This document shows, one piece after another, positions 54,530 to 64,000 of a stretch of 64,000 nt of DNA. The position numbers were made by a program, and so were the translations under genes. The notes under the pieces are model-generated. The model ran no database searches. It saw nothing but the letters and a program-made list of their open reading frames with translations, and had not been told where the DNA came from. Every line of letters starts with the position of its first letter. The first letter of the stretch is position 1. The stretch comes from Octopus sinensis (lineage: Eukaryota), in NCBI RefSeq assembly GCF_006345805.1, contig NC_043003.1, positions 46,004,001-46,068,000 on the forward strand, given 5' to 3'.

Positions 54530-55090
54530 GGTAAAAGTTCTGCTATAGGTACAGGGGAGAGAGGGCCAACCGATTACGTCGGCCCCAGTACTCGGCTGGT
54601 ACTTAATTTATCGACTCCAAAAGGACGAAAGGTAAAGTCAAGCTCGGCTGAATTTGAACTCAGAACATAGCGTCGGGAGAAATACCGCTAAGCATTTCGT
54701 CCAGCTCGCCGCCTTCACCGATATTTTAATGTTCCTCTCTACTTTAGACACAAGGCCTGAAATTTGGTGGAAGGGGATCCAGTCGATTAGATCGACTACA
54801 GTATGCAACCGGTACTTATTTTATTGACCCCGAAATACCGCTAAGCACTTCGTCCAGATTGCTAACGATTCTCCCGGCTCATTGTCTTCAGCAATATATT
54901 AATATTACACTCCTCCTAAGGCGGTGAGCTGGCAGAATCCTTAGCACACTAGACAAACTGTTCAGCCACATTTCGTCGTTTTCCCGTTCTGAGTTCAAAT
55001 TCGGTCAAGTTGAGCACTGGGGTCGATATATTGGACTTAACACCCTGCGTCAAAAATTTATAGTTTTGTGCCAAAATTTGAAACCAATAT
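54530..55090. mobile_element. SINE family B cluster: two minus copies (54530-54880) and one plus copy (54917-55090)
   Basis: Family B heads and Meta-like segments on both strands. Confidence 0.8.
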
Positions 55091-55535
55091 TACGCTTCAT
55101 TCCCGTTTCCCTCTTTGTATTTATAACTCTCTGATTTCCTCAATTTATCCCTCATCGCCCCTTCCTTCTATAAACATCTTTATGTATGCTTTTCATACAT
55201 TGTCGCTTTCTATTCCACTTGCCGGTTTTCATTTACGTGTTTTCTTATGTAATATCTTCCTTTTCTATCTGATAGTGTCTTACTCTCTCACTTTCTTTCA
55301 TTATCTCTTTCGCTCCCTTCTTTTATCTTTCCCTCTCTCCCTCTCTCTTCCACTCCCTTGGTCAGTTTTTTTTATGTAAATGTGGTAAAATAAAACAGAA
55401 AAAGAATTTTAAAATATTGTAGCTTGAAATTTCGAAATACATTGTTATATATATATCTGTCTAGAGCGATGGCAAAAAATTATATGGTTTTGAGGCTGTT
55501 CGTTTTATAATTTCTGTAATTTCATGATGCCAGTT

Positions 55536-55566
<31 letters not shown>

Positions 55567-56324
55567 AACACCACACACAAACACAAACGCACACACACAA
55601 CTCACATTGATTTGATTATGCTTGCGTGTGTATGATGATACATAAGTAATCACACGAGTACGGCTGGATGAACGGTTGTCAGATGAAAATGGCTGGCTAG
55701 ATGACTGGATGGCTGAATGGATGGATGGATGGATGGATGAAGGGAGTAGGGGAAAGAGTTATGAATGGCTGGATGGTTGAACGGATATGTATGGATAGAT
55801 GGATGGATGATTTTTTGAGTATATAACGCTGCATTGATTGTTGAAATATGCCAAGTGGAAGGAAATATGATTCATAGTAATTAAAAGCCATTCGCTTTCC
55901 AAGGTAGCTGTCTTTTGTAATTTCTTAGAAAATATCCACCAGAGGTATGGAAAAGGGAGATGTCACCACATTATGCATAATCTGAACCACAAGGGACTGT
56001 ATTTGTCTGTGTTACCTAAAATATCTTAACACAGCTCGCTTTTTGATTTTTTTTCTGTTTTTGTTTTTAATCTTTTATTTTTTTCTGTAGCGATCATTGA
56101 TGTGAGAAGCAGTTTTTAAGTTTTGTTAATTTATAGGGGTAAACGCTGTGTTATATCTGAAAAGATATAAATCTATTAATCAATCAAGCTACTGATATAA
56201 TATATGTGCGTATGTGTGTGTGTGCGCATATGTGTTTGTGTATAACTATATACATAAATATATATATATATGCTTATATATTTGTATGCTTAGGTATCGT
56301 TATATGATTGTGTATAAATAATAA

Positions 56325-56572
56325 ATGCGCCCTTTTAAAGCCTAGTCAGGCTCGTGGGCCCGGTTTCCCGGTTTTAATGGCGTATGTGTTCCCCAGCTGG
56401 ACGGAACGCCAGTCAATCCCAGCGTTACTAGTTTTTCCATCTGAGTGGACTGGAGTAACGTGAAATGAAGTGTTTTGCTCAAGAACACAACGCGTCGCCC
56501 GGTCAAGGAATAGAAACCACCATCTTACGATCATGGTGGTGACACCCTGACCACTAAACTACGCGCCTCCAC
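56325..56572 (-). mobile_element. tRNA-derived SINE with V-domain-like segment (family C)
   Basis: Minus head gaggcgcgtagtttagtggtcagggtg; gattgactggcgttccgtccagctgggg, similar to V-SINE GATGGACTGGCGTCCTGTCCAGGG. Confidence 0.72.
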
Positions 56573-56988
56573 TCTGATTGTGTATATATACATACATATA
56601 TATACATATATATATATATACATATATATATATACATATATAATATAATATATATATATATTGTATAGAGGGCATTAATACACATAAATGCCTCACACTA
56701 AGAGGGACAAAGTCATTACTACCAAAATTACACTAATCATACCTAAATGCAGTTTTTCAAAGCAAGACATTTAAAAAATGAATTTAGTTCTGTATCACTG
56801 TGATTTCACATTTAACTTACGTCTTATGATCCTCAGCAAAACTGATTCTGAACACATCATAAATAAACCACCAACCTTACTTAGCGAAGACGAACAGACA
56901 TCTATTCACTCCGGCCAAGCACATGGAATGTTTATAAATCATATATTCGGTAAATGGCGGGCTTTTTCGAACTGCATGTCGGTTTTCA

Positions 56989-57034
<46 letters not shown>

Positions 57035-57045
57035 TGAGGTTTTCA

Positions 57046-57079
<34 letters not shown>

Positions 57080-57128
57080 TACATATATATACATATTTAT
57101 GTGTGTGTGTGTGCATGTATGTACTGAC

Positions 57129-57400
57129 GCAGGCGTGGCTGTGTGGTATGAAGTTTGCTTTCCAGTCACATGGTTTCGTGTGAGTGGATTTGAGAGACAG
57201 AATCTCAAAGAGGCCTCTCTTGCCATATGTGTGTGTGTACGTATATATGAATGTATATGCGTGTCTTTGTGTCTCTGTCCGGCACACCGCTTGGCAAGCG
57301 GTGTTATATTATTCACGCCCCTTTATCTTAGCGGACCAGAAAAAGACTGATGGAATAAGTATAACACTTTAGAATAATTACTAGGGTTGACTAAAAGTGC
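57129..57400 (+). mobile_element. SINE family A, partial
   Basis: gcaggcgtggctgtgtggtatgaagtttgctttccagtcacatggtt... Confidence 0.7.
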
Positions 57401-57449
57401 CATATTGACCAGTTTCGTGATTTATAAAGGAGACTTTAAAAGATGGATG

Positions 57450-57482
<33 letters not shown>

Positions 57483-57789
57483 CTATGCAGACAGATACAT
57501 ACATACATACATACATACATACGTACATACATATATATATATATATATATACATATATATACATACATGTGTGTGTACATATATATGCATGTGCGTATGC
57601 GTGTGTGTGTGTGAGCATGTAAGTGCATGTGTGTACATACACACACACACGCACATACACATATATATACAATATAACATTCTATATATATAATGTTATA
57701 TATATTATATATATTATATATATATATATATATAAGATATACATAAACAGACACACATACACACGCACACATGCATATATATATAAGGG

Positions 57790-59651
57790 CAAAATAGAGA
57801 GCACACACAAACATGTAAATTCTACTTGAAGTGTTCTTCTGGAATGGAGAAGGAGGTGCAAACTGCCGTTTTGCACACCAAAGGCCCTGCGACAACATAA
57901 AACAGAGTGGTAACTACCTGCCAAAAGGCAAGGATCACGTACCACCTGCTCGAAAACAGAAAGACGCAGATGTAGTGTTACAAACCAGTCCTATCATTAT
58001 GTTGTTCAAAGGGCACCAGCTGAATAACAATCTTTTTTTGTGCATCGCACAAAGATTGTACAGCTGCTAACCTGGTTACATCAATCGCACAGATGGGACT
58101 ATTCCCAATACACAAGACCACCACAACGGGTGGACCCAAGGTGGACACCACTGGCAACAACACAGACATCACATCGGTGCTCTTACTGTAAATCAGTGGA
58201 CTGTTAACACTTAGTAACAGGACTAAAATTCCTTTCCTTATGGACCTTGTTGCATGTAATCAAGCCTTATGCATAGCACTTACCGAAACGCACCTAAAAC
58301 CAGATATAGCAAATACAGAAATATACATACCACAGTATGTTGTATTGCGAACCGCCAGAACAGAAAGAAGTCACGGTGGAGTAGCTATGTACATCCGCAA
58401 AGATCTCACACCTCAGGTCCTTGTGTCATACTCAAATTCAGTATGTGACTCACTAATTGTACATATAAGACAAATCGATGTAGTTATATGTATTACATAT
58501 AGCCTTCCAGATGCTCCGAATCATGAGGACTAGTTTGAAGACTGCCTTACAAGAATAGAAGTTCTTGTTACATTAGAACAACACATAAGTATACTAATTA
58601 TGGGAGACTTTTTTCTGTCCAATGTCGGATGGCTTGAGGGCCTTTCCCTCCCAGGAATGGCGCGTTGCGAACAAGGAAATGTGAACCTCATCAACACATT
58701 TACATGGGACAAATATTACTCCAACCAACAAGGGCAGGTACAATACTGGATACAAGTGGGCTAAGAAGAATAACATGCAGTTTAATGCTGAAAAGTTTCA
58801 AGCCCTATGCTATCAGCATGCAAAACTAAATGCGATAGCAATAAAATGTACTGAACCTGGCGGGATTGCAATCCCAGTGCGAGAATTGGGCATTTACATG
58901 AGTAATGTTGCATCCTTCCATGTACATGTTGCTAAGTTGTCAATGAAATGCTGACGGCTGACCTTATGGATTCTTAGAACTTTTGAATCGAGAGATCAGG
59001 AAACCATGATGGTCCTCTGTAGGACAACTGTTCAAAGCCGCTTTGACAATTGACCTCCAGGTATGGTAACCAATCAGTGTAAAATTAATTCCAGAAACTG
59101 AGGCAATCCAACGAATCTACACGGAAAAGGTAGCCTCTGTGCAGCATATAAGCTGTTGGGAAAAACTCAAGAGATTGAGACTCTAATTCCTGGAGCGTAG
59201 GCGGCAAAGATAAGCCGTAATATACATCTGGAAGGTCCTGGAGGTACGAGTCCCAAACTTTGGCATTGAGCGTTACACTAACGCTAGAACAGGGTGCCAC
59301 TGCATAGTGCCAAAGACTCCAGCTTTGTCATTAGAATATAGGACAAGATATTGCAACTTCCTGGGATTTAAAGGACCACATCTCTTCAATATACTCCCGA
59401 AGGACCTGAGAGATCTGCATTGGATATTGGTGTCTAGACGAAACTAGATCTCTTAGTGTCAAGAGCCCCAGGAGAACCAAATTCACGGCAGAAAGTGCTA
59501 ATGAGGGCAGTGACGACAATTTCCCTTATGCACCAAATGTCAATTTCCGAAATGAATTAGTGTAGTAAAAGTTATGTAGCAACACCAAATGTCGGTGCCC
59601 CAGCATGGACACAGCTCATGAGCTGAAACCGACTCAATTCAATTCAATTCA
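57790..59651 (+). mobile_element. Internally deleted CR1/L2-group LINE: CCCH ORF1 remnant, APE, RT C-terminus, 3' stem-loop and (CAATT)n tail
   Basis: TCKFYLKC..GEGGANCRFAHQRPC (57811-57895); LTETHLKPDI..YVVLRTARTERSHGGVAMYIR; ILIMGDF; QPTRAGTILD joined to KWAKKNNMQFNAEKFQ; LRTFESRD; EAIQR..KLKRLRL..LERRR; tail caattcaattcaattc. Confidence 0.85.
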
Positions 59652-59674
59652 GTATATATATATATATATATATA

Positions 59675-60184
59675 AATAAAAAATAAGGGTGAAGAAATTG
59701 GATATTAATTTAATAATACCATCAATTTAACACCAAGTGGCTTAGCGCATAAAAACCAGGGATACAATAAAAATTTATACACAAATATAAGAGAGTGTCC
59801 ACTATGTGGTCGACTCTTGCGCTAAAAATAGATTCGCTATGGTCTCAACCACCAAGAATTGTTTTCAAGGAGAATTAGCACAACTATGAGCGTAAACGAG
59901 TAGGACAAATGAAAAATAACAAAATAACATAAATGTAGATTAATTCTAGACAAAATAACATAAATGTAGATTAATTCTAGATAATTGTTTCGCTATTAAT
60001 GAATTATGCAATTTTACTTACATAATATACCCATAGCTCATCAGTAGAATTCCTCTTGAATACAATTTACTAAACCGCACGCTAGATTTTAACATAACGT
60101 CAAACAATTATTGGTGGTTGAGACCATAGCGGATCTATCTTTAGCGCAAGAGTCGATCACATAGTGGACACTCTCTTATATTTG

Positions 60185-60186
<2 letters not shown>
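59675..60186 (-). mobile_element. PLE-type pLTR remnant with ~85-bp inverted repeat arms around the hammerhead
   Basis: 59780-59864 and 60102-60186 are reverse complements with few mismatches; (TA)n on both sides. Confidence 0.6.
59973..60051 (-). ncRNA. Type I hammerhead ribozyme motif, canonical CUGAUGA/GAAA core, extended stem II
   Basis: Minus strand: AATTCTA CTGATGA GCTAT [GGGTAT ATTATGTAA GTAAAA TTGCATAAT TCATTA] ATAGC GAAAC AATT ATC TAGAATT. 7-bp stem I, 5-bp plus 9-bp stem II. Confidence 0.8.
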
Positions 60187-60210
<24 letters not shown>

Positions 60211-60215
<5 letters not shown>

Positions 60216-60792
60216 GAAATATTAAAATTACTAAGTCTCTATAAAAGAGATTACGGCAGCGTTTACTGGAAATTAATTGTTATCGCCATATTAATATTAA
60301 TAATCGCTGCCATGATCAGCTCCATGAGGCCACCGCCATCAAGATAGCTATTGATACACGATCTGTATCCATTATAACCTTCGAACAAGGGAGGTCAGCC
60401 GCTTCACACTGCCAGTCCGACAGCTACAGACGCGTTTCGGGGTATTGCCCCTTGTCAATGTAGCGCAGTCAGACCCGCAGGTGTCGCCACTGACATCTCT
60501 GTTCGAAGGCTTCCATTTACCTAGTTTCAGTGGAATACATCCGCTTGTTTTCAATAATAGAAATATTAAAATTACTAAGTCTCTATAAAAGAGATTACGG
60601 CAGCGTTTACTGGAAATTAATTGTTATCGCCATATTAATATGGCATTCTTATAGATATAAGAATAATCGCTGCCATGATCAGCTCCATGAGGCCACCGCC
60701 ATCAAGATAGCTATTGATACACGATCTGTACCATTATAACCTTCGAACAAGGGAGGTCAGCCGCTTCACACTGTCAGTCCGACAGTCCGACA
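60211..60792 (-). mobile_element. PLE-type pLTR remnant: full unit 60211-60554 carrying the hammerhead plus partial tandem copy 60555-60792
   Basis: taatagaaatattaaaattactaag... starts at both 60211 and 60555; aataatcgctgccatgatcag...cagtccgacag occurs in both units; (TA)n on both flanks. Confidence 0.7.
60423..60464 (-). ncRNA. Type I hammerhead ribozyme motif with U3-A8 core (UUGACAA)
   Basis: Minus strand: GCTACA TTGACAA GGGG CAATA CCCC GAAAC GC GTC TGTAGC. Perfect 6-bp stem I and 4-bp stem II, palindromic ACGCGT stem III, GUC triplet. Confidence 0.8.
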
Positions 60793-60881
<89 letters not shown>

Positions 60882-61038
60882 ATATATATATATATATATA
60901 TATAATATATATATATATATACATGTATATATATAACGATAAGGGAAGCTTTATGAAAATAGACAAAAGACGAAGGCAGGTGGAAAACAAACAAACAATT
61001 GTATTAGTATGGCGCTCAGGAAATATAAATAAAACAAG

Positions 61039-61076
61039 TCTTTAACGTTTCGAGCCTACGCTCTTCAACAGAAAGA
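61039..61076 (-). ncRNA. Minimal type I hammerhead ribozyme motif in the Neptune pLTR (core CUGUUGA)
   Basis: Minus strand: TCTTT CTGTTGA A GAGC GTAG GCTC GAAAC GTT AAAGA. 5-bp stem I, 4-bp stem II, palindromic AACGTT stem III. Confidence 0.75.
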
Positions 61077-61689
61077 TACACAGAGAGAAAAAAAAACACA
61101 GAAAGAAGGAGAGAAAAAAAATGCGTGCAGTAACTAACGAATCAACATGGCGATCTGATTTCGGCCAGAGGTCAAAGATCAAACATGAGACGCGAGAGCG
61201 AAATAAGGGGAGATAATAGGGTTGATAATAGGGTTGAATGACCCTAGGATAGGTCTGGACAGGCGTATGTATGGGGTTGGTGTATGTATTAGTATGGTAT
61301 TAGTATGTATTAGTCGTATTAGTATGTATAAGTGTGTGTGTGGTGTATGAGAGAGTATAAGTGCGTATGAGGGGTCTGGACGTGTTATGTATAGGGTTGG
61401 TGTATGTATTAGTATGTATTAGTATGTATTAGTACGTATTAGTATGTATTAGTTGGTGTATGTATTAGTATGGCACATCATATATGATGTGATGTGTAAA
61501 GTCGTGTGGTTTGTAGTGAGGAGAAGAGGGGGAGAAAGGGGAGGGGAGGACGAGGGGGAGGAGAGGGGAAGAGGAGGAGGAGAGGGAGAAGAAGGAAGGG
61601 GAGGAGGGGGGCGAGGGGGGTTAGATGAGGAGGGTGGGAGATTTGAGACAAAATGCGTATTAAGAGCGAAGAGAGAAGATTAATTCTGT

Positions 61690-62074
61690 TCACGGCGCAA
61701 ACGGGAATCCGGATGGCCTCTGTGTAAGGACAAACCGAACACAGATAGGTGTTGCAAGGAGTGACCGGTGGAGCGGAAATGGCGTGAGACGGTGTGTCGT
61801 TCGCAAGGTGGATGTCACGAAGGTGTTCCGCGAATCGGTCAGCCAAGCGGCGTCCCGTTTGTCCGATGTACAAGGAATTGCAGAGAGAGCAAGAGACGCA
61901 ATAGATAATATTGCTGGAGGTGCAGGTGAAGGAGTGGATGATGGGATAGGGTCGATGGTGGGTGCTAGTGAGGCAGGTGGTGTTGGAGAGGTAAGGGCAA
62001 GTGCGGCAACGTGGGCGGGAGCAGGGGAACGAGCCGGGTTGGGAGGTAGGGTCAGGGAAGGAGCTATGGACCAA
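61690..62074 (-). CDS. PLE Cys-rich linker and GIY-YIG endonuclease
   Basis: ORF 61478..62074 contains CSRPRCRTC and NIIYCVSCSLCNSLYIGQTGRRLADRFAEH; C-terminal part is frameshifted. Confidence 0.88.
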
Positions 62075-63261
62075 AAGGTCTCGAAGGTTGTGGGCTCGTT
62101 TGAAAGAGGGAGGGGGGTCGGTTAGGGAAGAGGTGTGAAGTGGACGGGTCGGACTGGAGATGACGGAAAGCTCGAAGAATGGTGCGTTGGAGACGTAGGG
62201 TCGTGGGGTGGTAAGTGAGGGGAAAAGGGAGGCGGGAGACTAAGGGCGGGTTCGGGGAGAGAGAGCAGATACACGGTCCACGGACCGTGCTCTGGCAAGG
62301 GCGGTGTGGATAGTGGTGAGGGGGTATCCACGTAGGTGTGAAGTGGTGAGCCATACGTTGAGACTGAGTCTCAAAGTCATGGTCGTCACTACAGAGCCTA
62401 CGTAGACGGAGGAATTGGGAATAGGGGATGGAAAGCTTGGTGTGTTCTGGGTGGGAGGAAGAGAAGTTGAGATATGAGTGTGAGTCTGTGTGTTTGTAGT
62501 GAATGGAGGTGGTAAGAGTGGAGTGAAGAATGCTAACCGAAATGTCGAGGAAGGAGACGGAGGTGTTGGAGATAGTGGAAGTGAAGTGGAGGGCTGGATG
62601 GAAAGATTGGACGAAAGAGAGGAAGGAATCTAGATGTTCACGGGAGAGTGAGGTGGCACCGATAATGTCGTCAATGTAACGACCATATAGTTCAGGAGTG
62701 GGACCAGTGAAATTAGAGAATATTTGGGCCTCAACATAGCCAACGAACAGGTTCGCATAGTTGGGGCCCATTCGCGTTCCCATGGCCACTCCCGAGACCT
62801 GATGGTAGAACTCGCCCGCGAACGAGAAGCAGTTCAGAGTAAGGACAAGTTCGGCCAGACGAATGAATGTGGAGGTGTCAGGTACAGGGTTAGAGCGGAG
62901 GTCAAGAAAGTGTCGAAGGGCCTGCAGTCCTTCGTGGTGAGGGATAACAGTATAGAGGCTTTGGATGTCTATAGTAAAAAGGATTTTGGAGGAGCCGGGA
63001 GGAAAGGAGAAAGAGTTGAAAAGCCGGAGAGCATGGTTGGTTTCGTGGATGTGGGAGGGAAGAGATGCCACTAGGGGGGCAAGGACACGGTCGAGGCATT
63101 TAGAGATGAGCTCCGTGGGGCAGTTACAGGCGGAGACGATGGGGCGGCCAGGGTTGTTGGGTTTGTGGATTTTGGGGAGGAAGTAAATGGTGGGGGTACG
63201 TGGGGTTCGCACAATTAGGTTGGATGCGGTGCGGGGGAGACGGGAGGACGAGATGAGGTCG

Positions 63262-63266
<5 letters not shown>
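62064..63266 (-). CDS. PLE reverse transcriptase, N-terminally truncated, with a +1 frameshift near 62338
   Basis: ORF 62064..63308; its first ~14 codons are (TA)n. RT motifs are uninterrupted to HHFT; the other frame continues LRGYPLTTIHTALARARS. Confidence 0.9.
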
Positions 63267-63305
<39 letters not shown>

Positions 63306-63349
63306 CATATATTTACATATATATGTCCAACTCCTAAGTGTATTATAAA

Positions 63350-63396
<47 letters not shown>

Positions 63397-64000
63397 GAAC
63401 AACTTTTGTGTCCAATATTTCAAAGCGCTGAAAAAAAGCGATAAAGAATAACATGTAAATATTCGGTTGAAAACCCTCTTTTGGGTGGATAAAAGCGAAG
63501 GCTGCCCCCAGAATAGGAAGCCACAGGCCAGCAAATTCATGGAACAGCTGTGTGAATGTTACACATTATGATCAACCAAAGAACGTTTCGTTATTATTTG
63601 TTGAATTATTAAGGAATCACTCTGTCAATCCAAAATATGTATATCAAATCGGTACGCTATAACCGTCACAGAGTGAGTAACAATAATCTTAATTGAATCT
63701 TGAGGATTTCGATGAATTTCGAATTCCTGTGCACATACCGTAGATAAAAATGGTCTTCGAAGAAATAGAGTTACTGTATATACGGACTTTAACTTGTTCG
63801 ACTTCGTCAAATCTATAGTTTAATCGTGCGAGCAGATCAATAAATAGATTTTGGTTTGTAAGAAAGACGGTTGCGTGTATTTTAGAAAATGATGATTTGC
63901 ATAATTAAGGAAGAAAGGGCTAATGAGAAAACACAAGAAAGCTAGGACATGCAGCCAAAACAAAGGAAAAACTATAAATCTATCTATCTTTCTATCTATT

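Larger units (their letters stand above)
60935..63266 (-). mobile_element. Penelope-like retroelement, Neptune-type, 5'-truncated; RT + Cys linker + GIY-YIG, polypyrimidine 3' UTR and pLTR with hammerhead
   Basis: Minus-strand translation gives PKIHKPNNPGRPIVS, GTRMGPNYANLF, YGRYIDDI (PLE RT), then CSRPRCRTC...FTCTSSNIIYCVSCSLCNSLYIGQTGRRLADRFAEH (Cys linker + GIY-YIG). Both ends abut (TA)n tracts. Confidence 0.93.

Noticed and set aside
61784-63186. Plus-strand ORFs 61784-62125, 62724-63074 and 62965-63186
   Set aside because: Antisense shadows of the C-rich PLE coding strand.

Overview
Repeat-saturated, AT-rich animal genomic DNA, most likely octopus (inferred from the SINE families and the extreme microsatellite density). 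No host protein-coding gene, rRNA, bona fide tRNA or CRISPR array can be supported. Nearly all ORFs in the track (YIYI, MYVC, THTH, LSIY, poly-D/H) are microsatellite translations. Coding-derived sequence is retroelement or transposon: (1) a near-intact, 5'-truncated Neptune-type Penelope-like element (PLE; RT with YIDD, Cys-rich linker, GIY-YIG) at 60935-63266 (-), with a shorter near-identical copy at 35446-36555 (+); (2) a Tc1 element with 28-bp TIRs (24407-25678); (3) an internally deleted CR1/L2-group LINE with a CCCH ORF1 and APE but no RT core (57790-59651); (4) two tail-to-tail 3' ends of an R4/Dong-like RLE retrotransposon embedded in (TACA)n tracts (25824-26836); (5) at least four tRNA-derived SINE families. 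The most notable signal, absent from the ORF track, is a set of hammerhead-ribozyme (HHR) motifs from at least six PLE-type families. They include a U3-A8 compensated core (60423-60464), a canonical core with a long bipartite stem II (59973-60051), and an ultra-minimal CCGACGA/GAAACUC variant in two diverged copies. All folds and translations were done by eye, element boundaries are approximate, and no ribozyme activity is demonstrated. There is a 100-N gap at 28786-28885, and frequent indels suggest residual long-read errors.
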